Below the pieces are notes generated by a model that saw only the letters and a program-made list of their open reading frames with translations, was not told the DNA's origin and made no database searches. From the NCBI GenBank assembly GCA_964514585.1, contig CAZETU010000001.1, forward strand, positions 225,309-289,308: 64,000 bases of DNA, in the 5' to 3' direction. How positions within the stretch are numbered: the first letter of the stretch is position 1; each line of letters starts with the position of its first letter. Of this stretch, positions 1 through 9,572 are shown piece by piece. Made by a program: the position numbers and the translations under genes. Origin of the DNA: Candidatus Woesearchaeota archaeon. GTDB lineage: Archaea; Nanobdellota; Nanobdellia; Pacearchaeales; GW2011-AR1.

Positions 1-3000
1 AATGCGTCTCCCCTACACCAAGCATTTCACCACTGTCCCAATCAAACCTACAAGTGCTAGTTGAATACCGACAATCCGCATCTTCATTCGTCACAATATA
101 CATCGTCCCACCATTCTGCCAAACCCGAGCAACCTGCGGCGTCGAAGTATCATGAATAATCCTAAACTCAGTCTCGCCCCTCACAAAATCCCCAGTCTCA
201 TCCGTACACTCAATATAAATATGATTAGTCACAGCCGGCCGATTCAACATCTGCTCATGACTATTACTCTCGCCAGTCTCAAACATCTGAATCATATTCT
301 CATATCCCGAAAACGAATAAGAACACCAATGATACTCGGCCCCACCAGAAGTATCAACTTCAACATAAATCGTCGTCACAGTCGTATTAACCTCAAAGTC
401 TTCACTCGGTTCAATTGAATCAATCGCAATCTTTCTCTCAGGCTTCCGAAGCTCATAAACAAAACTCTCAACATTAGCATTCCTCTCAGTCTCATCAACA
501 ACCCACGGCTGATCCATACACTTCACATAATATGTATTCGTCCCATTAGAAACCGGTAAAATATCACTACAAGTATATCCCAAAGGATTCGACGGCCGCG
601 CCAAAGTATCATTACAAATCATAGAGTTAGCCATGGCTCCATAATCAACATCCGTAGAACTCCACTTACAAGTCGACAACTCATTCGTCACAATACTAAC
701 ATCCTGCGAAGTTTTCTCAAACCCAATAATCAAATCATTCTTTGGCTCACTCCCACGAATCATCGGCGCAGTCACATCATCACCCTCGACAACACAAAGA
801 TCAACCGTATAAAATCCAGGACTCTCATGCCCCTTAACATCTCTACATTTCACATACAGCGTCATATCCCCATTCCAATCAGCACCCTGACTCTGCCCAT
901 GACTAGGATCAGGCAAAAGAAAACTAGTCGTATGATTCCGAATATAAGAATTCCCACCAAGGTCAAATTCCATATTCTCAAACTCATTCATAGCAATATC
1001 AAACTTACACTGCGCCGGCTCATCAGTCGTAATCCCAAAAACCAACTGAGTATAAGCATCAATGCAACCCCCTCCAGAAGTAATACTAAAACCGCTTTCA
1101 CTAATACTAGTATATTCCTCATCTTCAGAAATCATACTTATCGAAGGCCCCAAAACAGGCGGATTAACATCATCAGGACTCCCATCAACACACATCTCAT
1201 CCTCAGTCCCCTTATTGATAATCTCACACGCAGCCCCCAAGCTCGCACAACGATATTCAGAGCACGGTTTCAACGGGTCACCATTACACTTCTCACAATC
1301 ATCAGCCCCACTCGGAGCCTGCCACGGCTTACACTCAAACTGAACCTCAATCGGGTCACAATCATCCCCTCCAAAAAATAAAGAAACAATAACCAAGACA
1401 ACACCTATTATAAATAAAGCAAGACCAAGCACAGGGATGCCCAAAAGAGGAGCGCTATTAGTCAAAAGAGCATACCCAGCAATTCCACCTATAAGCCCGC
1501 CACCAATAGACATAAGTAAAGATCCGCCGGGACTAAGACCCAAAGATTTCGCAATCATAGCTCCAGCAATCATTCCAATTCCAAGTCCAATAGCAAATCC
1601 AGCGAAAGGAGCCAAGCTTCCAGCCGCCCCAAGTACACTCGTGGACTGAGAAATTGTAGCAACTGCAGAAATTCCCTCGAGCGCAAGGGCTCCACTCAAA
1701 GAACCAATAGTAGAAACAAGTGAAATAAATCCTGCAGCATACCCAATACCAACAGCCCCCATTCCAATATTATTCATTAAAGTATCCTCCCCCAATTCCC
1801 CAACAGGAGTTTCCAAATCCCCAATCAATCCAGCAGCCTCCAAAAATTCTGTATAATCTTCGACTTCAGCAATTTGTCCAGGAACAGGCGCAGACATTTT
1901 AATCAAATCAGAAATATATTTAGTGCTTAAATCTGGAGAGTTCCTAAGTTTATAATTATCATTATATTCCCCCAAAATATTTACAGAGCCCCCACAATCC
2001 CCAATACCTCTACACATATCATTCATCTCCTCAACAAATCCCGCTCCCAAACATCCTTTATTCGCAACAATCTCGCATCCTCCCCATGTCTTAGGCTTAT
2101 ACACAACCGTACACGTCTGACTCGCAATCCCACAAAGTTGTTTAGCTGTCATCTCATACCTCTCGTCCCGAAGATTAAATCCGCCAGGATATCTAGGCAT
2201 ACAAACATCAAAACTAAACTTATCAGCAATTTTAACTTCCTCAACTCGACAATTCAAAGTATCCGCACATTCTTCCATCACATCTTTATCCCCATTCATA
2301 TCAAGACACTTCCTCCAATTATTAGCAATACAAGCCGCATTCCTAAATTCAACTTCATTCCCCTGGACATCAAAAGTATTAGTCTGCACACAAATCTGAT
2401 TTCTATAATCAGCACAAGGCTCTATTTGGACAACACCTTGAGAACAAACATATTTCCAATGCCGACTCCCAACAACATCATCTCCATCATCAATCTTCCC
2501 ATCATACTCACACCATGATTCACCATTCCCATAAATCTCACCCTTAAACTCACAAGACGTTGACCGACAATAAAAATTTCCATTATCTACATTAAAATTA
2601 TCTTCCGAGGCAGATGCACAAATCCCCCCAATAAATCGATTACAATTCCCGCAACTTTCAGAATTAGCATTGCCAGTTTTGCTAAAATCCCCACAAACAT
2701 CTTCAGGCTCAGCAACCCTCTCCCAATAATTATAATCATTTAACTTCGACGAATCATAAATATTAGCATAATTCCCACAAGAATCCAAAAAATAAACCTC
2801 ATCCTTGCCATCAACACAAGTCGTTTGATCAGTCTTCTCACAAGACGTATTCAAAACCTTAGCTGTACATAAATACCCCTCATTAAACTCACCATTATAA
2901 CTAAAACAATCGCTCTCCGTAATAAACTTACAATTACCCCCGGCCAAAACACAAGCTCCCTCAGTCTGAATCGAAGACATCGCCGCACATTGCCCCTCAT

Positions 3001-3691
3001 TAACCTCAGGCCTCCAATCAGTTACAGAATTAGGCCCAAGTGCCAACTGCGTCGTATCAACCTCACATTGTCCCCGTGTTTCAAAAATAGTTTCAGTTCC
3101 AAGAATACAACAGCCAAGTCGCGCCTCAAGCATATTACAATTAGGATCAGCTACCCAACTCGTCGGACAATCACCCTCTAAAACACTCCTATCATAAATT
3201 CCCAAACTCTCATCATAGCAACACCCCTTCTTACAAAAAGAAGTAGAAGCGCACAGACTCCCCTCGGCAAAAGGGGACGTCTCTACGCAACTCAACGGAG
3301 CAGAAGTGGCGCATTTCTCTCCATTCTTAGCTAAAAAGCAACACCCGACATTAGCGGCATTGGACGAGATTGAGAAAGATTCCACAGTAACTTCCTCAGT
3401 TAAAATATAACCGGTTTCGAGTGTCAAATTTATTTCTCTTGCCGAAGCCAACGGCAAGATTGGTTCTTTCAAACCCTCCACAATTGCATCTGAAAGTTTC
3501 CTAAAAATCGACTTCGCCGGCTTAATATCCAACGTAGCCATTCTTTCCGCTATCTGTCTATCTCTCTCTTCATACTGCTTATCCAATTCTTCAAAAACTC
3601 CATCCGTTGCAGCAATCCCATAAGAAAATGCAAACATAGCCAAAAGCATCAAGGTCAATTCAAAACTCGCAACTATCTTTTTACCTTCCAT
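1..3691 (-). CDS. Giant Cys-rich exported/membrane protein (>1230 aa, runs off the left edge of the window)
   Basis: Missing from the ORF track because no stop lies in the window. Manual translation from ATG at 3691 (TAATG overlap with the upstream gene) gives MEGKKIVASFELTLMLLAMFAFSYGIA... and stays open to base 1. It has many CC/CxxC-type motifs, a ~135-aa Gly/Ala-rich hydrophobic block (~1385-1790) and a further Cys-containing C-terminal region. Confidence 0.85.
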   Translation of the reverse strand, partial: MEGKKIVASFELTLMLLAMFAFSYGIAATDGVFEELDKQYEERDRQIAERMATLDIKPAKSIFRKLSDAIVEGLKEPILPLASAREINLTLETGYILTEEVTVESFSISSNAANVGCCFLAKNGEKCATSAPLSCVETSPFAEGSLCASTSFCKKGCCYDESLGIYDRSVLEGDCPTSWVADPNCNMLEARLGCCILGTETIFETRGQCEVDTTQLALGPNSVTDWRPEVNEGQCAAMSSIQTEGACVLAGGNCKFITESDCFSYNGEFNEGYLCTAKVLNTSCEKTDQTTCVDGKDEVYFLDSCGNYANIYDSSKLNDYNYWERVAEPEDVCGDFSKTGNANSESCGNCNRFIGGICASASEDNFNVDNGNFYCRSTSCEFKGEIYGNGESWCEYDGKIDDGDDVVGSRHWKYVCSQGVVQIEPCADYRNQICVQTNTFDVQGNEVEFRNAACIANNWRKCLDMNGDKDVMEECADTLNCRVEEVKIADKFSFDVCMPRYPGGFNLRDERYEMTAKQLCGIASQTCTVVYKPKTWGGCEIVANKGCLGAGFVEEMNDMCRGIGDCGGSVNILGEYNDNYKLRNSPDLSTKYISDLIKMSAPVPGQIAEVEDYTEFLEAAGLIGDLETPVGELGEDTLMNNIGMGAVGIGYAAGFISLVSTIGSLSGALALEGISAVATISQSTSVLGAAGSLAPFAGFAIGLGIGMIAGAMIAKSLGLSPGGSLLMSIGGGLIGGIAGYALLTNSAPLLGIPVLGLALFIIGVVLVIVSLFFGGDDCDPIEVQFECKPWQAPSGADDCEKCNGDPLKPCSEYRCASLGAACEIINKGTEDEMCVDGSPDDVNPPVLGPSISMISEDEEYTSISESGFSITSGGGCIDAYTQLVFGITTDEPAQCKFDIAMNEFENMEFDLGGNSYIRNHTTSFLLPDPSHGQSQGADWNGDMTLYVKCRDVKGHESPGFYTVDLCVVEGDDVTAPMIRGSEPKNDLIIGFEKTSQDVSIVTNELSTCKWSSTDVDYGAMANSMICNDTLARPSNPLGYTCSDILPVSNGTNTYYVKCMDQPWVVDETERNANVESFVYELRKPERKIAIDSIEPSEDFEVNTTVTTIYVEVDTSGGAEYHWCSYSFSGYENMIQMFETGESNSHEQMLNRPAVTNHIYIECTDETGDFVRGETEFRIIHDTSTPQVARVWQNGGTMYIVTNEDADCRYSTSTCRFDWDSGEMLGVGETH

Positions 3692-4452
3692 TAAATCCCA
3701 GGCGCAAACGCACAGCTCCTCACAGCAAATTTAAACTCAATCCCACTCCGACGGTCAATCAATCGATACAACTTACTATCACTATAATCAACCCTCCGAA
3801 TATCAAACTCAGGATACAACAACATATACCCATTATACTCAAAGTGGCAATACTGCGACTCACTATTCACAACGTCCCGCGCAACCCTAATCAAATCGTA
3901 AATCGGCGAAATAATTTTCGTATCAAAATTCTCAAAATCCTGAGTAGAACCTTCTCCCGTAACATGCAACTTCTTCTTCAAGCTAACTTCAACAGCACCA
4001 GGCAAAACATCAACAGAATAACTAGCCGCTCCACCGCTAACATCAAAACCCCGATTCTCAAAATCCTCTCTCATAGAATCAAAACAATCCTGAACCGCGC
4101 CTTGAGTATCCGCAACAATCTCGTCTTCTATTTCCATTTCCAACATCGGATGAATATTATAGCAACCCTGATAATAGTCCGCCTGATAACACAAATAATT
4201 CCATTCCTCATCCTGATACATTATCGCCCTTTTCGGTATAATCACGCCACCATTAGACAAAATAGTCTCAACAGATTCCTTTACAGCGTCACGAACACAT
4301 TTGTCAACAGATTCCTTGGGGTTTAAATCAGAAGGCTCTATAGAAGTATTTCCACCCATAAAAAACAAAGCAGCTATAATCCCAGTTACAATCACGATTC
4401 CCAAAATTATAAACATCGTCACTTGCCCCCCTTTCTTCATTTCATTTACCAT
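3691..4452 (-). CDS. Type IV pilin-like protein with class III signal peptide
   Basis: N-terminus MKKGG/QVTMFIILGIVIVTGIIAALFF fits the basic-G/Q-hydrophobic prepilin pattern; Cys pairs in the body. Confidence 0.75.
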   Translation of the reverse strand: MVNEMKKGGQVTMFIILGIVIVTGIIAALFFMGGNTSIEPSDLNPKESVDKCVRDAVKESVETILSNGGVIIPKRAIMYQDEEWNYLCYQADYYQGCYNIHPMLEMEIEDEIVADTQGAVQDCFDSMREDFENRGFDVSGGAASYSVDVLPGAVEVSLKKKLHVTGEGSTQDFENFDTKIISPIYDLIRVARDVVNSESQYCHFEYNGYMLLYPEFDIRRVDYSDSKLYRLIDRRSGIEFKFAVRSCAFAPGI

Positions 4453-5162
4453 TAACTTAACTCCACATACAAATAATATGCCGTCATTTCCACCGAAGAG
4501 GATTCATTCGCATTCTCCGGAACAATCATTTGAAAATCATAATTAACTCCATCAAAACCTGTTTTCCCACCATCCTCTAATAGCGTTGCAAAAATAATAT
4601 CCGAATTTGTATAATCATATAATAAAATTTCTTCAAAATCTGATGTCTGTGAAGCATCATTTACATAAGTATAAATTGCGGAACAATTTTGAGCCCCTAT
4701 CTCAACATCACCAACTCGAATTATTTCAGTATTATTCTCTAAAAATGTAGAACTAATATTATCATTCCCCGTATGCTCAAGGGCCGCATCTTCTGCGTCT
4801 ATGTGAGTCTGATTCGCACAATTAACCATTGACCACTCAACAGTTCCAGACGCTCTCGTAGCATAAACCTCACCACTCACACTAGCCAAAGACCAATCAT
4901 AAATAGTTGATCCACCTACATCATCCAACGTAAAAAGTCCATCAATCCAACCAACAAAAGCTTTCCAGTGAGAATTCTGGGTTGATGCAGTAACATTTAC
5001 CGTTGTTATGTTACCGCCAGAAACATTAATTATTTTCGATGCCGCCGTTGATCCGCTTTCATTAGCAGTAATATTGATTGAGTCAGGTCCAGTAGGTATA
5101 GCAACAACAAACGAAATAGACATAACCAAAATCATAACCAAAATCAAGCCCTTAAAATCCAT
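4452..5162 (-). CDS. Secreted beta-rich protein of unknown function (paralog of 26342..27121)
   Basis: Signal peptide; motifs GNIT..W..F.G..L.D..G.TIYDWS..GEVYA, FEEILLY and DFQMIVPE are shared with 26342..27121. Confidence 0.85.
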   Translation of the reverse strand: MDFKGLILVMILVMSISFVVAIPTGPDSINITANESGSTAASKIINVSGGNITTVNVTASTQNSHWKAFVGWIDGLFTLDDVGGSTIYDWSLASVSGEVYATRASGTVEWSMVNCANQTHIDAEDAALEHTGNDNISSTFLENNTEIIRVGDVEIGAQNCSAIYTYVNDASQTSDFEEILLYDYTNSDIIFATLLEDGGKTGFDGVNYDFQMIVPENANESSSVEMTAYYLYVELS

Positions 5163-5344
5163 AAATTAACCCCCACCTTTTTTATTTTATCAATCTTCCC
5201 ATCAATAATCAATTCCAACAAATATTTTTCAGCCGTATTCCAAGAGACCCCAAGGTGACCAGCAATCTCACTACTTGTTACAATTTTCTCTTTTTTTATC
5301 AAGTTTATTATCTTTGAATTATGAACATTCATAATAGTATACAT
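5144..5344 (-). CDS. Small winged-helix HTH DNA-binding protein
   Basis: VTSSEIAGHLGVSWNTAEKYLLELIIDGKI is an HTH plus wing; start at 5344 or 5332. Confidence 0.75.
   Translation of the reverse strand: MYTIMNVHNSKIINLIKKEKIVTSSEIAGHLGVSWNTAEKYLLELIIDGKIDKIKKVGVNLWILRA
5318..5335. promoter_or_regulatory. Palindromic operator-like site over the wHTH start region
   Basis: ATTATGAA-CA-TTCATAAT is a perfect 8-bp inverted repeat; a related TATGA-ATAC-TCATA lies at 5500..5513. Confidence 0.45.
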
Positions 5345-5480
5345 TGTAATATTAATAGCAACTTTAATAGCAATCTTAGTATTAAGATTAATATCAATAT
5401 TATCTCCAGTACCAATACTAATATTAATATTAGTATCAATAACATTACTAGTACCAGTATCATTACCAGTATCAGTAAGT
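5345..5480. repeat. AT-rich low-complexity tract with triplet periodicity
   Basis: Runs such as attaatatcaatatt, accagtatc and attagtatcaat; open on the minus strand in frame with the wHTH gene but has no start codon. Confidence 0.6.
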
Positions 5481-5483
5481 GTT

Positions 5484-5513
5484 TAGTTATGCAGATAACT
5501 ATGAATACTCATA
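5484..5513. promoter_or_regulatory. Two adjacent inverted repeats next to a TATA-like element
   Basis: TAGTTAT-GCAG-ATAACTA (5484..5501) and TATGA-ATAC-TCATA (5500..5513), followed by tatataaag. Confidence 0.4.
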
Positions 5514-5598
5514 TATAAAGGTTACGGAAATATAATTTTTGAAAAATAAATAACAATTAATTAACTTTATAGACGGTAAAAATCAAAATAAAAACAGC

Positions 5599-6321
5599 TT
5601 AATCATTTTCAACTCGCGGAGCCAATACAAATCCAATACCCATTTTCTCCCCAGGGAAATCCAGCTTCAAAGGATAGTCATTAGAAAAATTAACAACAAC
5701 TCTTTCACTAATCTTAATCGCCTTAATGAACTTCATCAAATACTCCAAAGAATACTTAGACTTCCCACTCCCAAAAATCTCCATATCCTCACTAGAAAAC
5801 TCCGCCCTCGCCGAATTCAAATTCCCACTTCCCGAAACCTTAAACATACCTTCCTCCGCAGAAAAAGCACAACTATCAGCCACAACATTAGCGTCCTCAA
5901 CAGCCTGAGCAAACCCAAGCGCACCCATCTCAACACGAGCCCCAAAATTCAATTCAGGGATTTCTTTATCTTCCGTCGACACCTCAATCAAAGCCAAGGT
6001 AAAAATCCTCTTAACCTTATCCAAAATCGTAATTTTCAACTTATTATCCTCTTGCTCAAAAACAACACTAGAAGAACTCGACGCCCTCTTCAAAATCTTT
6101 TTCAAATCATCCAAATTAACACCCCAAACCTCATCTCCAGTTTCATACTGCGAAAAACTCGTATTAGGCAACTTGAAAATCGCCAAAGCAACATTCGCCG
6201 GATCAACAGCAACAATACTAAGTCCCTCAGGATTCAACTTAATCCGCACCTCGTTCACAATCTCAGAAATTATACCAATCGCGTCACTAACTAACTTCGG
6301 ATCATCCAATTTTAATATCAT
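5599..6321 (-). CDS. pcn: PCNA sliding clamp
   Basis: AVDPANVAL, YSLEYLMKF, DYPLKLDF and C-terminal FVLAPRVE; 240 aa. Confidence 0.97.
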   Translation of the reverse strand: MILKLDDPKLVSDAIGIISEIVNEVRIKLNPEGLSIVAVDPANVALAIFKLPNTSFSQYETGDEVWGVNLDDLKKILKRASSSSSVVFEQEDNKLKITILDKVKRIFTLALIEVSTEDKEIPELNFGARVEMGALGFAQAVEDANVVADSCAFSAEEGMFKVSGSGNLNSARAEFSSEDMEIFGSGKSKYSLEYLMKFIKAIKISERVVVNFSNDYPLKLDFPGEKMGIGFVLAPRVEND

Positions 6322-6379
6322 AAAAAAGAAAACTCCTCTCCTTATTTAAAGATTATTACACTCAAGATTATTCATTCAA

Positions 6380-6622
6380 CTAAACCGGCAAAGGAGGAGG
6401 CTGAGGTATAGAATTCCCAATCAAACTTCCACCATCTCCACCACTAAGCAACAACCAAACACCAACGACAATTCCAACCAAAATCAAAGCAATGATTAAC
6501 CAAATCCACCACTTAGATTTCTTCACAACTGGCTCAGTCGCAATTTCCGTAGCAATTGGTCTTGGTTTCACCTCCTGCATATTAGGTTGCTCTGGCGCCA
6601 TTTGCCCCTTTTTATTTTTCAT
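6380..6622 (-). CDS. Small single-pass membrane protein
   Basis: KKSKWWIWLIIALILVGIVVGVWLLL transmembrane segment; Pro-rich tail; start overlaps the upstream stop. Confidence 0.65.
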   Translation of the reverse strand: MKNKKGQMAPEQPNMQEVKPRPIATEIATEPVVKKSKWWIWLIIALILVGIVVGVWLLLSGGDGGSLIGNSIPQPPPLPV

Positions 6623-7866
6623 TATATAAATGCCTCAATCACTGTAGTGGATATAGAGCCGGTAGAAGCCAACTGTGTTGTATCACCTTCTCGAGTATAT
6701 TTAATACTTATATCTCCCTTAAAACTATCTCCAAGAGTTAAACCAGCATCGCAAGTAAAAGGAATATCTATCGTAGCTTCTGAAACAATTGCTACCGGCG
6801 TAGAATCAGCAACACATATAATTCCCCCATCAGTATCCACAGTAGCCTCAGAAAGAATTAAATCATCCTCAGCATTATTTTTCAATCCTAAATCTATAGT
6901 CCCTGTATTGTCATCAGCTCTCACACCCCAAGCTTCCAAATAAAAAGGGGCATTTATCATAGCAAAATTAGGAATATTAGAATCCAAGCAAGCCCCATCC
7001 TCACAGCCATTAGGACACATATAAGCTTCATCATCATATTCCCCAGATTCTTTACAAATAAATTCAAACAAAGTATCTCCACTACAAGTATCACTAGCAG
7101 AAGTAATTCCTTCAACTGGAGCATCTTCATTTTGACCAGTTACAGTTCCCTTGGTATAGTAATTCAATCCCCCATCACTATCAACACAACCATCATCACT
7201 AACAGGTAAACTAGGAGGTCCTACTTCACTCGGCTTCTCTAACTTACAATCTCCTGAAACTTTCACGATCATACCCATTCCTAAAAAATCATTTAAATCA
7301 AAATGTTCAAGATCAGGAGCAATTGACATCCATTCACCATCTTCGGGATTCCAAGCATATATCTTTTCATAATTACAATTTCCCTTTATCTTATCCCACG
7401 AGAAAGTATCATCATAAAAAATATTAGTTGTAAACCCAATAAAATTCCACCCACTAAACAGCGAAACATATTCTAAAGGAATAAATTCAAGTGTTTTATA
7501 GGTCATTTCCCCTCTAACATCCGAATAAACCCAAAAGGAACTAGCACTAATGTAAGTATCCCACCGAGTATTACTTCCTCCCATTTTCTCTCTTTCAGGA
7601 CTAGGATAAAATCTAACGTACTCTTGAAGTTGAGAATTCCAAGCATAAACAGCTTTAATATTTTCCGAAGAAATATCTCCAGATTCTATCCAATCGGGAT
7701 TTCCAAAACCATGAAGCAGATTCCATCCCTTTTCTACATTAACAGTAACGCTATCTATTTCAGTATCAATAGAACCACCATCTGTATAATCTAGATTATC
7801 CCTTATTGCCCCCACAAAAACACTCAAAACCAAAACAAATCCAAGAACCAAAAATAACTTTTTCAT
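6622..7866 (-). CDS. Secreted multidomain surface protein (two GWN motifs, Cys-rich module, pilin-head-like C-terminus)
   Basis: Signal peptide; GWNLLHGF and GWNFIGF; CVDSDGG...CPNGCEDGAC; C-terminal LGLKNNA...GDISIKY...GSISTTV. Confidence 0.7.
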   Translation of the reverse strand: MKKLFLVLGFVLVLSVFVGAIRDNLDYTDGGSIDTEIDSVTVNVEKGWNLLHGFGNPDWIESGDISSENIKAVYAWNSQLQEYVRFYPSPEREKMGGSNTRWDTYISASSFWVYSDVRGEMTYKTLEFIPLEYVSLFSGWNFIGFTTNIFYDDTFSWDKIKGNCNYEKIYAWNPEDGEWMSIAPDLEHFDLNDFLGMGMIVKVSGDCKLEKPSEVGPPSLPVSDDGCVDSDGGLNYYTKGTVTGQNEDAPVEGITSASDTCSGDTLFEFICKESGEYDDEAYMCPNGCEDGACLDSNIPNFAMINAPFYLEAWGVRADDNTGTIDLGLKNNAEDDLILSEATVDTDGGIICVADSTPVAIVSEATIDIPFTCDAGLTLGDSFKGDISIKYTREGDTTQLASTGSISTTVIEAFI

Positions 7867-7943
7867 AAAACCACAACCCCATTATATTATATAAAACTTC
7901 CCATCACAACAATCTCTAAAAACCAACATTTCTTAATTTTAAC

Positions 7944-9572
7944 ATGGACAATAACAAAAAAGAAGGTCATGACAAAAGTCCCGAATATTCCAAAAAACCT
8001 TTAACAAAGACCCAGCTAATCGCCCCATCATATTACAACAGAAAAGACATTCAGGCAAAAATGTTCGAATTCTGCCGCCATAGAGAAAGCGTCGCAAGTT
8101 TCAACTATGATTATTGGGCAAAACGCCCCGACACCTTCGACTACCCAACCGATATCCCAAATGCTGCAAGAAACGGCGCAACATCATTCCACTGCTCCGA
8201 AGAAATCTGGACTAACCCACTCGACATCAAAACCGACATGACCCCACAACAGTACAACGAAATCAAAACAGGCTGGGACTTCCTAGTGGACATCGACTCC
8301 CCATTCCTCGACTACGGAAAAATCGCCGCAAAACTAATTATCAACGAACTAGAAAAACACGACATCAAAAACTTCGGAATAAAATTCTCCGGCGGCAAAG
8401 GCTTCCACATCATCGTCCCATTCAAGGCATTCCCAGAAGAAGTAAACGGACAACTAACAAAAGACCACTTCCCAGAATGGCCACGACTAATCGCAGGCTA
8501 CATCTTCAGTCAAATCCGAGAAAAAATGAACCAAGAAATCCTAAGGCTAACAACCCGAGACAAACTCCGAGAACAAGGCGAACTAGTCTCCGAAAACCTC
8601 TGTCCAAAATGCCACAGTCCAACAGTAAAAAAAGTAATTGGCAAATACGTCTGTCCCGACATCAAATGTAAAACCGAAGTCGAATCAATGAAATCAAACA
8701 GAAAAGAAATGCTCTGCCCTTCTTGCAACGGAAAAATGAAAAGAGTCTCACAACGAGAAATCGACTTCTGCGAAACCTGCAAAATCAGCACAGCCAAACT
8801 CGAAGCAAGTTCAAGCACATACGGCGGACAAGTTAGACAAAACACAACCCAGTTCAAAGTAGAAGACACAATCAAATCAACTGAAGACTCAGTCGACGTC
8901 GTCTTAGTTTCTTCCCGCCACCTTTTCAGAGCCCCATATTCCCTCCACGAAAAAACCGCTTTCGCCTCAATCGTAATCGACAAAGACCAAATCGAAGACT
9001 TCAAACCAACCGACGCCGACCCCCTAAAAATCAAAGAACCAAAATCATTCATGCCAAACGTGATAGAAGGCGAAGCAAGAAAACTCCTCTCAGAAGCCCT
9101 TGAGTGGGGAAGAGAAAACGCGCCAAAAGAAGAAAAGAAAAAATACGAAGGCGGGCCAATCGACATGCAAGGATTAACAATCACCGAAAACATGTTCCCG
9201 CCAGTCATCCAAAAAATTCTAAAAGGAATCCCAAAAGACGGCCGAAAAAGAGCCCTATCCCTACTCCTAGCTTTCTTCACATCTCTCGAACTCCCCGAAG
9301 ATTTCATAATAGAAAAAATAGCCGAATGGAACAAGAAAAACTACCACCCCCTAAAAGAAGGATATATCAAATCCCAAATTTCATGGTCTCTAAAAAACAA
9401 ACGACTCCCTCCAAACTACGACAAACCCCTATACAAAGAATTCGGCATCACAAACCCCCCAGAACCCGGCATGAAAAACCCAATAAACTACACAATCAAA
9501 AGAGCCATGCAAGCCAAAAACAAATCCTCAGGAAATTTCTACGTCAAACCAAAACACAAAGGCGAGATTTAG
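7944..9572 (+). CDS. priS: Fused archaeal primase PriS-PriL with zinc-ribbon insertion
   Basis: PriS motifs DFLVDID, KFSGGKGFHI and HLFRAPYSLHEK; PriL-CTD-like FPPVIQKILKG..DGRKR..WN..N..PL; insert carrying CPKC/CPDIKC/CPSC/CETC. Confidence 0.92.
   Translation: MDNNKKEGHDKSPEYSKKPLTKTQLIAPSYYNRKDIQAKMFEFCRHRESVASFNYDYWAKRPDTFDYPTDIPNAARNGATSFHCSEEIWTNPLDIKTDMTPQQYNEIKTGWDFLVDIDSPFLDYGKIAAKLIINELEKHDIKNFGIKFSGGKGFHIIVPFKAFPEEVNGQLTKDHFPEWPRLIAGYIFSQIREKMNQEILRLTTRDKLREQGELVSENLCPKCHSPTVKKVIGKYVCPDIKCKTEVESMKSNRKEMLCPSCNGKMKRVSQREIDFCETCKISTAKLEASSSTYGGQVRQNTTQFKVEDTIKSTEDSVDVVLVSSRHLFRAPYSLHEKTAFASIVIDKDQIEDFKPTDADPLKIKEPKSFMPNVIEGEARKLLSEALEWGRENAPKEEKKKYEGGPIDMQGLTITENMFPPVIQKILKGIPKDGRKRALSLLLAFFTSLELPEDFIIEKIAEWNKKNYHPLKEGYIKSQISWSLKNKRLPPNYDKPLYKEFGITNPPEPGMKNPINYTIKRAMQAKNKSSGNFYVKPKHKGEI

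Noticed and set aside
1370-1395. Apparent frameshift in the giant ORF near the poly-T run
   Set aside because: Careful reading gives ATT GTT TCT TTA TTT TTT GGA GGG, so the frame is continuous.
152-3181. Plus-strand ORFs 152..418, 827..1381, 1062..1343, 1437..1649, 2138..2518 and 2990..3181
   Set aside because: Antisense shadows of the single long minus-strand ORF <1..3691; their Ile/Thr/Pro/Asn-rich composition is expected from the strand skew.
5321-5518. 65-aa Asn/Ile/Ser plus-strand ORF
   Set aside because: A by-product of the low-complexity tract; it overlaps the wHTH gene antisense.
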